From: Owenia fusiformis
Lineage: Eukaryota
Direction of reading: 5' to 3'
NCBI GenBank assembly: GCA_903813345.2
Contig: CAIIXF020000001.1
Coordinates: 42,594,001 to 42,658,000 of the forward strand
Length of the DNA stretch: 64,000 nucleotides
Part shown: positions 1 through 14,654 of the stretch, one piece after another
Numbering within the stretch: position 1 is the first letter of the stretch
Layout of the letters: every line of letters starts with the position of its first letter
The notes under the pieces: model-generated
The model's database searches: none
What the model saw: only the letters and a program-made list of their open reading frames with translations
What the model was told of the DNA's origin: nothing
Made by a program: the position numbers and the translations under genes

Positions 1-418
1 AAGGTAAATGAAATAAGCAAAACTGGAAAAGGTCATGTGTGCGTAAATGCGTGTCAGTATTTAATTTTGAAGAAATGAATTAATTTTTTGACATAAATAT
101 TATTTGTGAAGCATCACCTTGACATATAATTATTTTTATAATTTTTGCTTGATTCCTTCCATGAGAAAATGCAATTATAGAACTGGCACGCGTATCAAAG
201 AAGTATTTGGCAATTGCATCCAGTCTAATTGATTTTCAAGGTAGATGAAATAAGAAAAACTGGAAAAGGTCATGTGTGCGTAAATGCGTGTCAGTATTTA
301 ATTTTGAAGAAATGAATTCATTTTTTGACATTAATATTATTTGTGAAGCATCACATTAACATAGAATTATTTTTATAATTTTTGCTTGATTCCTTCCATG
401 AGAAAATGCAATTATAGA
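1..418. repeat. Tandem repeat, ~237-bp unit; second copy truncated
   Basis: aaggta(a/g)atgaaataag(c/a)aaaactggaaaaggtcatgtgtgcg starts at 1 and again at 238. The second copy stops at ...gcaattatag just before the Harbinger end. Confidence 0.9.
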
Positions 419-423
419 CCTGA

Positions 424-2232
424 GACCTTATTCACAAAGCATCGCAATTTTTAGCGATTGCTATTGCTATGCGATAGCGATATAGCAATAGCAATGACGT
501 TTTGCGCGGTATTCACAAAAGCGCGCTAAAGCAATAGCAAAGCAATCGCTATCGCAAACACGTAGCAAACATATCGCAATTATAAATAAATACAATTTTA
601 TTAATTAGCACAGTAACTCGCACCTTGTAATTAGCTTGGGCTATTAGGCTACGCCAAATACGCTAAGGCGTTTCAAATGAATGTCATTATAAAATAAAAA
701 CGTGTAAGTAATTTGAAAGTTGTTTTGTTTGCTTGTTTAAAATACATTAATTGATTAAATATTAATAGTAGGCCAAGTGCTGCTAGCAATCTTGTCACCC
801 CTCCAGCTCAGAGTCTGCCTTTAATGGAACTAGGGTGGAATCAAGACCCAAATAGGCCTAGTCTAGTCAATTATGTAAGTCACTATATGGTGCCATTAAA
901 CAATTAAAAATGAATGGCGCGTTTTAAAGAAGCCTCTGATCCCGGGCCTAGGCCTATAATACTCCGACGCCGTATTCAATAGCTTTTACTCCTAGCGTTT
1001 TTGAACTTCGAGAGTACGCAAATGATTGCATGGAGTAGGTAATTTCAAACATTGGGAAGTTTTCCGTGTTTTACGCAATATACCATGTTCCATAAATGCG
1101 GACAAATCCGTGATTTTTTTCTAATTGAGAGGAGAAATATGATCCCTAACACGTAGAAACGTATTTTCCATTCTGTGATTGAAGTGTTTAATAATCAAAG
1201 TTGTGTATGGGTACTCATCAAATAAAATAAAACGACAATCATAGGCTATATCATACTGCCATATACAATGTAGGCGTATCTTGAAATACTTAGGCTAAAT
1301 GCATGTGCAGTTGCACTCAAGTTGTGCACGTAGTCATGCACCTTGACTTTGTGCGTGAATTTGCAGCGTGTCACTTTGCAGCGCAAGGTCAACAATTACG
1401 TCATTGCTGCAAAGTGACACGTTGCAAAGTAATATGCTGCAACCAAAATGCAATGTACATTCGTCTTAATGCATTATCATTCATAATAGATTATCATTAT
1501 TATTAAATATGAATATTATAGAAGACACCATTTGAAACCATAGGCCTAATTTGTACCACATGATAGTCGGACTATAATTAATCCTAAGCTATATAGTAGG
1601 CTAAATGGTTGCAAGAAGACCAATCCTTTGTGCATGAGGGCCTTGGATTGCCTTCGATTTTCCCGGGCATATTTCAAAACCGGTTCACCCGGGGCTCGCG
1701 CTTTCTTTATATAAATGCTGATGGCCATACGTTTTTGTGTATATGCATTATTTGTCAATCATGGCAACACCTACAAGATCTCGCTACTCCGAGGAACAAC
1801 TGGACATGCTCGTGTCACTAGTTGAAAAAAGTTGGGATGTATTAGATGGCCCCCTTGGAGTCACTCCACTACACACCTCGGCAAATAGGGACAAAATTTG
1901 GTCAAACATAGCTAATAAAGTGAGCGCGGTAGGGCCATCACCATGGTCGGCAGAAAAGATTCAGGTAGGCTCAAAGGACTCGTTAGAGCTCTTCGAATCA
2001 AGGTTATATATTAGATTATATCTAGTTTACCATGTGCAGTTACCTGCAAAACCAAATGGTCTCAGGGAATGGTCTAAACTTAGTTTATTTAAATCGGAAT
2101 ATTTTCCAGGGTAAATGGCGAGATGTTACAAGTAGAACAAGAATGAAGGCAAATAGGATAAGAGCGAATGCTAACAGAACGGGTGGCGGTCCTGGCGTGA
2201 AGTTAGAGGTATTAAGACCCCTAGAAGAGCGT
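424..2232 (+). mobile_element. Truncated PIF/Harbinger element (left end plus Myb/SANT gene; no transposase or right TIR seen)
   Basis: Starts tga|GACCTTATTCACAAAG, a Harbinger-like terminus after a TNA trinucleotide. A subterminal array of gcgat/atcgc/tagc motifs follows (440-580), then a Myb/SANT-like ORF. Confidence 0.6.
1761..2232 (+). CDS. Spliced Myb/SANT-like DNA-binding protein (Harbinger accessory, MSANTD/NAIF1-like); 3' part probably lost
   Basis: Exon 1 (1761-1964) reads MATPTRSRYSEEQLDMLVSLVEKSWDVL...RDKIWSNIANKVSAVG...SAEKIQ. A phase-0 GT..AG intron (1965-2109, cag|gtaggc...ttttccag|) follows. Exon 2 reads GKWRDVTSRTRMKANRIRANANRTGGGP...LRPLEER. The W..IA..V / KW.D / TGGG / L.P.EE pattern is typical of this family. 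Confidence 0.75.
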
Positions 2233-5200
2233 GAACATTGTAATTGTTTATTTTACCGACAAAATGCAAAGATTTACGCGATAAATATGCGCAATACTCC
2301 TCCAAGTAATTGCAGAAGTTTTAATATTCGTGGAATCTTCTTAAAAACTTCAAGTTTTGTTCAGATTAATGTGCGCTTCAATACAATTCTATATTCAAAA
2401 AGGTTGTGTCACGATATACAGAATTAGAATCACCAGAAAGTAGACATTTCAAACCCTACCCGTTTTCTTCTTTGTCGCGCTTTTCGGCCCTGCGCTCTCG
2501 TTGTCGCACCGTCTTTCTAGACTCTTTCACAATGCCCTATGTCATATTCAACTGATATACACAGATGGGAAGATATTAAGGATTGTTAAATGCATTATTT
2601 TAAATTTATTTTAACTCGAATATTTAGTTTTATTTATTTAAAGCAATGAATAATAAAGGAGAACATATAATACGCTAACGGCGTAACGTCTTATTTTGTA
2701 AAGGCTTCACTTGGGGTTGCGGTGATAAAATGATGTCTATCTCAATATATACTGGTTCAAATTAAATGAAATTAATTGTATGTCGTAAGGGATATATTGA
2801 AAAGAACATGCTGAAATATTGGAAAGTTTTGAATGTTTATCCCTTAATTAGAAATATTTGAACTCAAAAAATGAAACGTAATTTTGTGAATTTTTCACAT
2901 GGCTTCACTTCATATTTCTTTCAATTTATGCTTCTTACAGACTGAATTTTAATCGAAATGATATAGTTTTTTGATAATATGATATGCCTTTCAGGAATCA
3001 AAAAAGAATAATTCGCCTTTCAAACGATTTAATGTTTAATTGACCAAAATATATATCTTGTTGGTACGAAATTCTGCCTGTCCACACTTTTTTTGCATAA
3101 ATATAAGCGTTAAGTTAGCATTGTTATATTATGACGTCATCAAACAGAATCTGTTTGTCTTTTCCAAAATGGTGAATTTAAATATTGTGAAAATTTGAGA
3201 AAGATCCGTTAAGAAATGAAAAGGTTATCTTCATTTTTCGTTTAAAATTAAAATCATTTTTCTTCAAAATGTTACAGTCCACATCCGGTTTTAGCATAGA
3301 AAGTCGCATAATACGGCTTGCGTGATTCTCATTTAAAAAGTCCCAAATCAGTTATTTGGAATTCTGATAGGCAAAATATTTCATGGACATACGTGTTGAA
3401 CTGATGAAAAATTGTAGAAAAATATGATTTTGCTGTCGAGATATTGCGGTTTTAAAAGTAAGTACGCATGTAAAAATGCAGTAAAATGCCGCGATGCACA
3501 GTATCTGACGTCGTATCATAAGCATTTGTTCGAGTTGTGTACCCTGTTCGATGTCATTTTTAAACAATGCATACACAAATACGCATGTACAAGTGTGATT
3601 TTACAAACATAGAGTGTGCAAACTCGAACAAATCGTGTATGAAATCACACGGATTGTGTATGTATTCTGCTAAACGCTATTCTATTGTGTTAGAGCGAGA
3701 TATCACATAAATATAAGATGTCCAATGTTGATACAGTTGTAACACCATAAAATGTTTCGTTATATCAAAGAAAATTACCTCCTTCATGCAATGGATATAT
3801 CATTTACAGGTAACCTTCACTTCTATTTAATTGAAGTCTAACAACGCTAGGAACGAAAGCTATTGAAAACGGCGCCAGAGTAACAAACTCTAAAATGTAC
3901 CATTTCTTTTTCAACTGATGGCATGATATTTTTTTTCTTTTCTTTTTTTCTTTTTTTTCTTTTTATTTTTTTATTTTTTTTAATTGATATAGTGACACGA
4001 TAATATTTTAATATTTACATATGTTTAAATCATAACTCTGAATGTATTAATGAGATCTGGATGTGTTGGGTCTTTTTAATTTTTTAATAAAAAATAATTT
4101 TTTGTCCGCTGTGACGGAGCAGTTTCACAGTTCATATTTGCAACTTCTCCGTCACAGCGGACAAAAAAATAAACATCATTTTTTATAAAAATAATTAAAT
4201 TTTTAATCCATGTGCTCATGCTCAAGATGGGTGTGGTGGCGAAGTAATGACGAATGGACATCATCCCCAGGGTTAGTCATCTCAGTTTTAATCAGGTAGT
4301 TCTCAAAGCCCCAAAACCTGAGGAGTGAACTTCTAATGATGTAGCGATCAAATAACAGTTTTTCTAGTGTAATTCCAGTAAATGTCAACTTGGCATTGAA
4401 ACAGTTGCCAGGGTATTAATCGCACTTGTGCAAGGTCAATCAAGATAAACCCCATAAAGTATATGATAATCTGCACGAAAACCTAAAATATGCGGTATAC
4501 GCTATGAGAGGTATAAAAGTTAAGTAGATCACGTAGATAGATATCCTCGATCTGTAAATGGTATTACTCTAGAATAAATGAGGGGAGCCGGTGCTAATTG
4601 TAAATATGATGCAATAGTTGACACTTCAAACATGTTTTCTATATAACAACCAATAAAAACCCTTTTCAATGAAGACCCCACAACAATGTTTCCTTCTCAA
4701 TTTGAACATTGTTCTTTACCACGTAAACACATCTTACAACAAAACTCAAAAGATTAATAATAAACGAGGGACTTCATAAGATATGAAATATGGTATATTT
4801 TGAAGTCAAAATTGAAATGTTTAAGATACAATAGGGTATTGATTAAATGATAGTGGAAATACAAGAGTGAGCGAGTAGCTGACCCCATACCAGATAGCAT
4901 ATGGGCAAGGGTAGTCATTTCCTTTTTGGATTTATATTGAACTTTTGTTCATGGTTTATCAGGTTTAAGAAATAGAAGAAGGGCCCATGAGAGAAAATCC
5001 TAAGATTTTAAGTACTTTAAATGTTGTTCTTAGTGTTTTTTAACTATAAAGATTGAAATATTAATAGTTATATATTAGACATGAGTTACATTTAAATCTA
5101 TAAACGGTAATAGTCATACATGCAATGCCATTACTTGCATAAATTAATCACTGCTTGCTTAGAACCTACAATTATGAATAATAGCTAAATAGCAGAAAAA

Positions 5201-5879
5201 TCAATGAAATCTCGTGCTGACATCTTTTATTCAGCTTTTAACTTGGGCTAGAGCTCCATTCTTTTACATGCTAAAATCTTGGAAAAGTGGCTTAATTTCA
5301 TGATTTATCAAAGTGTGTTTGTTGAATCTGTATAAAACTTGAATGATATACCACTTGATGACCCTGTTCATGTACATGTTGTGATTAAACATGCAAATGT
5401 TGATTGACATACAAATAATCTACGGATTTAAAGAATTTTAGCATTGCATCTATGGACATTTGGCCCAAGTTTTTTTAAATGTTGTAGAAAATTATTCAAA
5501 TTACATAACTGTGTAAATCAAAGCTATTATAGGAGAAAACATTTCACTGAATTCAAATATGCCATTTAAAAGAAGGTAATGTAAGTCATTAGAGGTCTAA
5601 TATGCAAGTCTCTTAAAATCTCACGAAAAACCAGATTTAGCGAGATTTCAAAAGCTATATGGAAACTATACTATTGTGCCAGTATTGCAATTTGTTTACT
5701 ATTTTTTAATCAATGTCGATAATAAGTGTCTTCAGTTTTTCATATACCAAAGAAAAGAAATTTCAATTTACTCAAACTGGTTTATCGTTATACCTTTACT
5801 TAGACAACGATTAGTAATGACAATAATCACCAAAAAGCTATGTGACCCTTAATGATTGTTGTGTAAAGTCAACTAGCTA

Positions 5880-6853
5880 TAGGGTGTTCCAAAAAAGTGA
5901 ACCCCTGCAACTGACCATATTTCCCTTATTACTTGCAGGAATTATTTTTTATTTTCACATGTTGTAGAGGAAGGTCTAAAATTTATGTTGGTACCATACA
6001 TTTTGCTTAGTCTTGAAATTTGCAGAAATTATAAGCCCTAACCAAACATTACTGAAAATGGACAAATTGTGATTTTCAATATCCGCGATTCTTCAACCCT
6101 TTAACACCTTTCCCCTGAGAATTTTTTAAGCTGCAGTCTTAAAGAACTAATATTTTCTGACTTTGTTCAATTTTAAATCCTGCACATTATGGCTTAAAAC
6201 TAGCATCCTACATTTGTTAGTTGCAAAGTTATTGTGATCCAAAGAGATGTGCTAAGCTTCCACAGATGAAAACATTTTTCAGTGAAATCATGAACATACC
6301 CCTATATGATCTTGAAATGTCAATATCTTCATAAATCATGGACCAGTTCTAATGATATATGGCTTAAAACATTGAATATTGGATTTTCTTTTGATTTTTT
6401 AAAGATATTTGATGAAGGGGTTATCAGATTCCTGGTCACAGGGGCAACTTCCTTCCATAAGAAGCCCCCCTCTAACTGTTGGTGTAGGTAACATACCCAT
6501 TAACTGTTGAACAATTAAAAATGCTTCAAAATTATCAATGAAAGTGTGAAATGTGTTTTCTGCTTGAATAGTGTCCCTTTTGTCATATGGTAGGGTTTTA
6601 ACTGAAAGCTGTTTAAGATCTTCCAATCAACAATTTCCGTGAATCACATTTGTAAAATTTTGTACAATATCTAATTTCCAGGCATGTTTCTTAAACGCTT
6701 GTAATTTCTTTAAAATTTAAGACTGAGAATAAATTATGGCATCAACCAACATTTTAGACCTTTCTCTACAATATGTGATAATATGAGCCAATTCATGCAT
6801 GTATAAAGAAAAATGTAGCTTGTTGCAGGGGTTCACTTTTTTGGACCACCCTG
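5880..6853. mobile_element. Non-autonomous Tc1/mariner element
   Basis: TIRs are (t)agggtgttccaaaaaagtgaacccctgcaac and gttgcaggggttcacttttttggaccaccctg, with TA on both sides. Confidence 0.8.
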
Positions 6854-9800
6854 TAGAATTATATTTTTGCAAAGCGCAAATTTCTCTATATTCTTGATGT
6901 GCACTATAATGAGACATCTGAGGGGACTAAAGTGGGTCCTAATGACAACCGTCCTTTTTGTGGATTTTCCTCGTATTTATTCTTGGAATTTTTATGATAT
7001 GCAAAACATGAACTAATTGGTTTTTGGGCATTAGCTTAATCTTTAGGTAGTGGGATGACATACCAATTACTCTTCAGCCCTTGTCAGTTTATTAGTAAAC
7101 AGTTTAAGCAGTAAGATGTCGACTTTCTATATTGATTTTTTGAAACTACAACCGCCGTACGATCGCCGTGAAGCAAATGTGACAGAGGCTTTGACTGATC
7201 TTAAACAATTTTACTATGTTGCATAATGCCTTGGCTGGTAAATTGTTCCAACTAGATTATCATTATTATTCGACAAAAACCAGACAGGCGAGAATGTCGT
7301 TATTTACATTGTTACACGCCTGGTGATATACCGCAATTGTAATGTAATTTCAACCACATGGACATGGCACTTTTCATAGCCATAGCAAGATTCGCTTGAA
7401 TAAGGACGTTAGTTTAAAGTTCAAACGATGGTATCGGACGTAATAACTGAAACTGTGAAATATCTTTAATCAAATTGTCCAGCTCTTCCTTTAGACAAGG
7501 AACCCTAGCTGACATTGTAATGACTAATTTCAATGTTCAAGATGACAATTGCATCTTAATGTTATACTCGGTTTAGTATGTTGTGACAAAGAGAAACTTT
7601 TGTTATAAATTAAACATATCACAGAAATTGTACATAATGCATAAGCAGAGACAACTGCTGTCAAAATGTCTAAGTGGCACAAGGCCTGTCGAGAGAAAAA
7701 TTAAAAAATCATTTTCTGAGCTATCGGGGCAACACTTGGCTTAGCATCTTCTTTGTCAGACCTATTTTCTTAAAATGTATGGACATGCCTATCTATTTCA
7801 ACATTTAGAAGTTAGTGTTTGTAAATTAAGTTTAAAGTTTCCAAAAGAGGAGTCCCACTTATAGATTTTCAAGATATAGTTACATTTCAAGTTTTTAACT
7901 GCAGGAATTTTACCTGAAATAACGTTCATTTCTACAGGGGGTTTCTTATAGATAATAAAAATAGATGTTAGGCTTGATGAAATATCCAAACTTCGATATA
8001 TTTTGACACGAAGTCCATGATCGTTGGATTCGTCTCTGCACTTATTGTTAAACCGTTAATGTCCATTACCCTTTCTTTATTAATCTTTGTGTTACTTTTT
8101 GATTGGTTTTTGAAATAATATGAATGTAACCAACTCTCTTTTTATTAAAGAGACAATACATCCATACAATATATAGGTGGAGCGAGGTATGGAACTATAA
8201 CTTGGGACTACCTCAACAAATTTTGATCTGGAGAATATTCTGATCCCCAGGTCTAATCCATGCGAAAGGATTTAGGTAACAATGCCTGATTGATGAGTTG
8301 TATAGATTAACATACGCTTTGGAGTAACAGAAAGGTCTGAAAGGTTGCCAAACTTGGATTTAAGGTACATTATTTCAATTTGATTAATATAAGTTCAAAC
8401 ATGCTGATTATTTCTATACCGAGGTCTTACTCGACAGAACTTTCATTGCCTTTGATGCTGGTCTTAAATCATGAACGATAAGGAGAATTTCTTGTGACAT
8501 TTAAATCTTAATTTAGGAACTTTTATATTTCCCAAGTTTCATATCTTATTGAATTGAAGCACAGTCCATGGCTAGTACACCTTATTATGAATAAATCGAG
8601 AATACAAGGACATGAAGAAATGATATATTCGTTCTTTAACATTCAATAAACCAGAAAGGTTTGTTTTATTGACTTCTAAAGCAGGTGTAATCAATGAATT
8701 GCAATTTTGAATTGGTATCAATTTACTAGCAATGTTCACCATTTAAACAGATACTCTCATCGCAACAACCGCACCATCTTTTTCTTGAACTTTCCAAAGT
8801 GGAAAGTGAACGACAAATAAGACGTAGGGGGTCTGGTAAACCAGAATAAGATATCCTTGGAATAGGCCTAGATATGATTAGCTAAAGGATTTACCCCAGT
8901 GCTCAATGAATTGTGGATGATTTTTGTATCGAGGCGTTGAATGAGGGCAGTAGCCTGGACTCAAAGGCAACATACAAAACAGTACACAAATCACCCACAA
9001 TGCAAATACATTGAGTTTGCCTAGATTCTTTTCACAAATTACAAATTATATTGTACAGTATCACTAAAAAGAATGGAATTTTTTTGCTACGATTTAAATT
9101 GTTGACCTTTTGACATTTTGACCTTACAAGCGCCTACATTGTTATACAGTACACTTTGTGATATTTATGTTTTTTAATCAGATGCCTGGAATTGGCGAGG
9201 GCGATCAATTTCACTGATTCTGAATATAACCATTCACTCCGTTGTAAATTATAGAATGGATATACTTTTAATAACTGTGTTCTGGTTGCTGGATTTTATA
9301 TATCTTTAGCTACAGTATGTGTAAATATTGCTTTAGCAACATAGAAATAAGCTTTAATTTCTTAGAAGCGGAACTTATCATCACTGTAACTCAAGTCGAT
9401 CGTGATAAATAAATCCAAAGATAACTCAGTTTGGAGGCCAATGTCACGGTCAGCATATCTAGTTTACTACTTGGTTAGTTAACTTGCGGCATATTATCTC
9501 ATACATTGCCCGGTAGAAAACTGGAAAACGACTTGATATAACAGGTTAATCAACATATCAAGCTAAGATTAATGATATCATGGGTTAAGGCCAACATATC
9601 ATTCCTTAATAAGGTGGCGATGTCCATTTAAATTGGACGCACATGCCACGGAAGTCAGTTCTTTAACCTGTCATTTGTCATTGGCCTTTAGATTTTAACA
9701 GATGCAGTTGAATTTCCTTGAATTATCAATATTAAAATCGTTGCACTTAGACCAAAACTGTTAGTTCTATCCGACACATTCAGCGACTTTTATATCCACT

Positions 9801-12782
9801 TTCATATCACATCATATCATGACCACCAACGTTTAATGCATAAAGTATTAACCTTCTCATCAACACCGGGATTAATTCCATTTGTTTTGATTTGATTCTA
9901 TAAGAATGAATAAATGCATTACATGAATATCTCCCTAGATCTACTAGGCTCTTGCGACCCTAATGATAAACAATGAGGGATTACGCTCCATGCTATAGCG
10001 ATAGTCAATGAGCAATGTCATGAGCTATGACTCTTAGGACATATTACATTAGTTTATGTATAGACAGTACGATAAGGTCATATTGACATGCAAAGTCAAG
10101 TCGATGACTGCGCTTTGGATGACAAGGAAAATTAAATATATAAATCATACTTTCCATTATACAACATTTCTAGGATTGCAATAGAATAAATCATACGCCA
10201 TCATCTCAAGTAATTTATTACGAGGTCAGATATAGTTTACCTGATGATGTTTATTCATATTTGTATTTTCAAGACAATAAATAATTAATTTTAGGATTAG
10301 ACACAGTGTTTCTTATAGTGCCGTTCAATCATTTTATGAAGACATCAAAGAAGAAGCCATTTTGGGAATAAACTGTTCAGAGACCAATTTAAATCGAGGC
10401 AAATATTAATCTCAGTACTGAAGGCTCAAACATGCAATTACAAGGACGTGGTGTCCTTGTAACACGTCCATACCCAGTGAAACAATATCTCGGGCACACC
10501 TTCAAAACAAGATACTATAAGTTATTGAATGATTTGAAGTGCAATACAGGATATATTGTGTTCGAGAAATTCTGTGTTGGCACACGACGAAGTCGAGAGC
10601 ACAATTTACTATATATTGCACTTCAAATAATTCTACAACGTGTTTATCGTGTGATCTTAGGCCAACACATTTTAATTAGAAAATATCCTGACTTGCTTGA
10701 AACTATTCAATGTAGACACTTTTATTCCATGAATGAAATAAAATCTCTGTAGCAATACAGAAAATATTGGGTACGGAAGGAACAATCTCCGTAGCAATAC
10801 AGAACATATTGGTCGGAGGGGACAATCTCAGTACCAATACAGATTGATACAGAACAAAAACTGACCAATCAGAGGGCTTCATTTTACAGATCATACTATG
10901 ATGTGGGTGTATGACTTCATAATAACAAATATCTTTTTTCTGATGTCTTAGATCAGATGACTTCATAATAACAACGTAACCATCTTTTTCTGAGGTCTTA
11001 GACCAGATGACTTCATGACAAATATATCCTTAAAAATGTTTTGATCTCTTTATGTATCTAAGCACAAGTGCTAAAGGGAGACGACCAAATACTGTAAGGA
11101 AACCCAGCAAGAAAAGTAATTCCTAAGTGCAAACCTGTTAAGATAAATAGACCATATATATCCCAAATCCATGATTTAACGCGAAAGATAATGTATTTCA
11201 CCCCCCCCCCCCCCCTACTCATAACTATACTCACTCATATTACTCGTAACATCAGATAGATAGATGTAGATACCGGTATTCACAAATGATGTGGGATAGA
11301 CGAAATCCAGTCTTGAAGTGCATGTTTTTGGGAGGCTTCGTCCACCGTGTGACCGAGGCATGAGTGGCATAGATACCTTATGTAAGCAAGATCAAGAATC
11401 AAGTTTGGGAGACCATATAATATCATATATCATATCATATCATATAATACGTGATTATTTACGAAGATGTGTCTGATATGGTAATCGTACAAAAAACCTT
11501 GACAGCTGTAAATCACGGTTAATCGAATTCACTAGATTATTGATAGTCTCAAGCAAGAGCAGAGTACCCCGACCGCATCCCTTCTGTTGGCAGATATTTA
11601 TTGAAGTTGAATTTCTAGAATGAATTTAATTGGTGTTCTTAATAGAGTCGACATAACGCTATGACTTGTTTACACTAGCTACATTCGTCATATAGCTGAG
11701 CAGAAACTGTCCCAACATAGTAATTCGTCTGAAAATTATCATGATTGTAATTACTATGGGTAATTTGATTGACACCATTTTGATAGGTGAAATTATTTTT
11801 CAAAACTGAATATAACAGGTAGTAGAAGAGGTTAAATTGACCAGTATAACTGTTAAATAAATACGATATACATAATACGAATACTTTTCGTATTTATTTA
11901 ATTAACAGTTCTACGTTTTCTGTTACATCTAGTTTTGAGAAGTATATTATATTTACGGGGAAAGCAGCGTATATCATCTTATTCGCTCATCCTCCTTGCA
12001 ACAGATTTTCTTGGTCTGAAAAAGTATTTATGAAAATGAAGTATTGGTTTGTACTTACTTATTCTTGATATTATATGGCAATCAGATTCTTTTTTCAGTA
12101 ACATTAACCAGTCAATCAGAAATGTAATTGAGACTGCGCTTACTGTTATGTCAATTAAATTAAATTTATTCGAATACCATGACATATGTTGCAATTTATC
12201 ACCTCGTTACCTTGGAGAGCTAGCTGTGCAAAACTGTGACCTTGACATTGAGTTATTTTTATTGTTTCTATGGTACTAATACAAAAAGATTGTTCAGAAA
12301 TTGAAACAGTCTAGCGAAATCATGCATACGCTTTAATGGGAAGTATTTTTTAATTCAAACATGACCGTTCTCTGATTACATTGATGGAAGGTTCTCAACC
12401 AATCAGAATGCGTATAAAACGCAACAAACAAACAAATCATGAACTTTAATTCAATGTACCATGGAGCCACATTCTCCTCTTTTCAATGATTCTTTAAATG
12501 AGGGAACTCCATGGTACAATGCATAAAACCAGAGTGCAGTCATCACTATTACGTTTCTTTGCCGTATTCAGCACCAGGCCTGTGCACTGACTTTTGCAAA
12601 GTCCAAACCCGATGTTGGCCTATTTCGGTTCATTATACATTTATTTCAATCATATTGCAGTCAAAAGAGTTACACAGGTCGCTGCCTAGCGCAATGTGCA
12701 TTACAGGCCAGCGTTTTGAAATGAATACAAATTAAATTAATTTAATTAATTGAGTGAGTTATACATATAAATGTGCTAACTA

Positions 12783-13726
12783 CAGGGTGACCCAAAAAAA
12801 TGCAACCCTCCATTTCTTCAATATTTTTCTTAAAAGGAGGTAAATTACTCTGAGAATTGGCACACGAGAACTTCATTCAATGTGGGATCATCTGGCAAAG
12901 TTTTAATAATCATAGTCTTATATTTATAGAGTTATGGTTGTTTCAAAATATGCGCCAGATGTCGTCAATTTCACTGAAAACAAACTTGCGATGTTCAAGG
13001 AAAACTGTTGATAACATGGATGCATTCTTCTCCATTGGTATGGCTCAAATTTTTGCAGCCATTGCTTGTTGGAGTTCTGCAATTGCGGTAGGGTTATTTT
13101 AAAATAAAAAAAACCCCATATATAGAAGTCAGGAGCATTGAGATCAAGACTGTGGGATGACCATGGGTTCTCCGTCCTAGGAGAGATAATCTTCTCATAG
13201 AAATGACAAGTGAGCCAGGCTATGCTATCATTAGAAGTGTGAGGAGTAGCTCCATCCTTCTAGAACCACTGTTCTTGTCTATTGAAGCCTCTATGTCACT
13301 CTAGAACTCCCCAGAACTTCCTGGGAAAGCCAATATTGCGCTGTGTGTTAGCAGTAACAGTGTTGCCAATATCAACCTCAAACCAAATGGGGCTGATGAT
13401 TTCATGTTTGGAAATTGGCAGCCCAAGCTGTGCATTTAACAGAATGAAGGGGCCTTTGAAGCACTTCATCTGGAATTTGTGATCCCAGAACACATTATTT
13501 CTTGGGTTTACATGTTCAGAAAGAAGGAAATGTGATTCATCCGAAAATCTGACATTGGAAATGGCGACATTTGGAGCATATTTTGGAACGACCATAACTC
13601 TATCAATATAAGACTATGATTATTGAAACTTTGTCAGGGGATCCCACATTGAATTTCAGAGCAATCAATCTCCATTTAAGAAAAATATATAAGAAATAGA
13701 GGGTTGCATTTTTTTGGGTCACCCTG
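12783..13726 (-). mobile_element. Internally deleted Tc1/mariner element (maT/rosa-like DDD transposase relic)
   Basis: TIR CAGGGTGACCCAAAAAAATGCAACCCTC at both ends with TA TSDs (12781-82, 13727-28). Minus-strand relic motifs: FSDESHFLLSEHVNPRNNVFW, WF*KDGATPHT and W-S-HSLDLNAPDFYIWG (cf. WPPRSPDLNPLDF). Confidence 0.9.
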
Positions 13727-13772
13727 TAGTTGCCTACACCTAATGGTGAAAAGTAAATCAAAATAAAATAGG

Positions 13773-14654
13773 TTAGGTTAAGCTAAGAATAAAATCAACG
13801 AACCTTCCTTTTAGTTGAGAATCTTGTTGAATTGAGAATGAATTTTTGAAAATTAAAAATTCAATTTTGTCTTGTCCACTGAGATGGGTCTCAAGGTTTT
13901 GCTGCTCAAGGGTTTCTTCAAGGTTTTTCCTTTGTGTTGAATGGCGCTTACATTGCAGAATCAGGTGTTTAGGGGTTGCACTCTTACCACAGACACATAG
14001 ATTAGTTGTGTTGGGAAAATTATGAGCAAACTTTTGTGATTCAAAATAGAGTCCGCATCTAATTCTGTTTAAGGTAATTTCTTGTTTTCGAGAAAGATTG
14101 AGTTTAGAAGTTGTATTGAAGTCATAAAACTTTGAAGATTTCTTTTTGATTTTACTTTTGAACAAAGAGATGGTGGGAGTAGACCTCTCTTCTAGTGATA
14201 ACTTATTCCATTCAGAGATCAATCTTAGCACTGGTCCATTAATTAGTCGTGCACTTGATTTAACCGGTATTTGGAAAGGTCTATGGGTTCTGAGAACCCT
14301 TCTTTGCTCAGATTTATAATGGTCAAAACATTCAACAATATAATCGGGTGCCATATTTCTACAAATTTTAAACATAATAATGAGATTTTTGTCTCTCCTT
14401 CTGGACTCAAGTGGTTTCCACTTCAGGCAATCAAGAGTTTTAAGAGTACTTGATCCATGTAATGCCCCAGAGCAGCTGAGTGCTGCTCTATAGTGAAATC
14501 TGTCGAGTTTTATCAAATTTTGAGCTGTGCTTGAGCCATAGATTGAACTACAATAGTCCAGGTGTGGTAAAATAAAGGAGTTATATATAAGTTCAAGGTG
14601 CCTAGATTTTAATTTATAAGAAAGTGATTTCAGTGGATTGAGTTGTTTTTGCAC
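13773..14654 (-). pseudogene. C-terminal region of the LINE ORF with a CCHC zinc knuckle
   Basis: Motifs: YNSFILPHLDYCSSIY, LKWKPLESRR, WNKL and CVCGKSATPKHLILQC. Confidence 0.9.

Noticed and set aside
7100..9900. Faint Gypsy-like RNaseH/integrase remnants (e.g. HNSLSTGVNP, PSSKL on the minus strand)
   Set aside because: The motifs are too short and degenerate to support without a profile search.
10740..11020. Short 42-50-bp tandem duplications
   Set aside because: Only 2-3 degenerate copies; ordinary slippage products.
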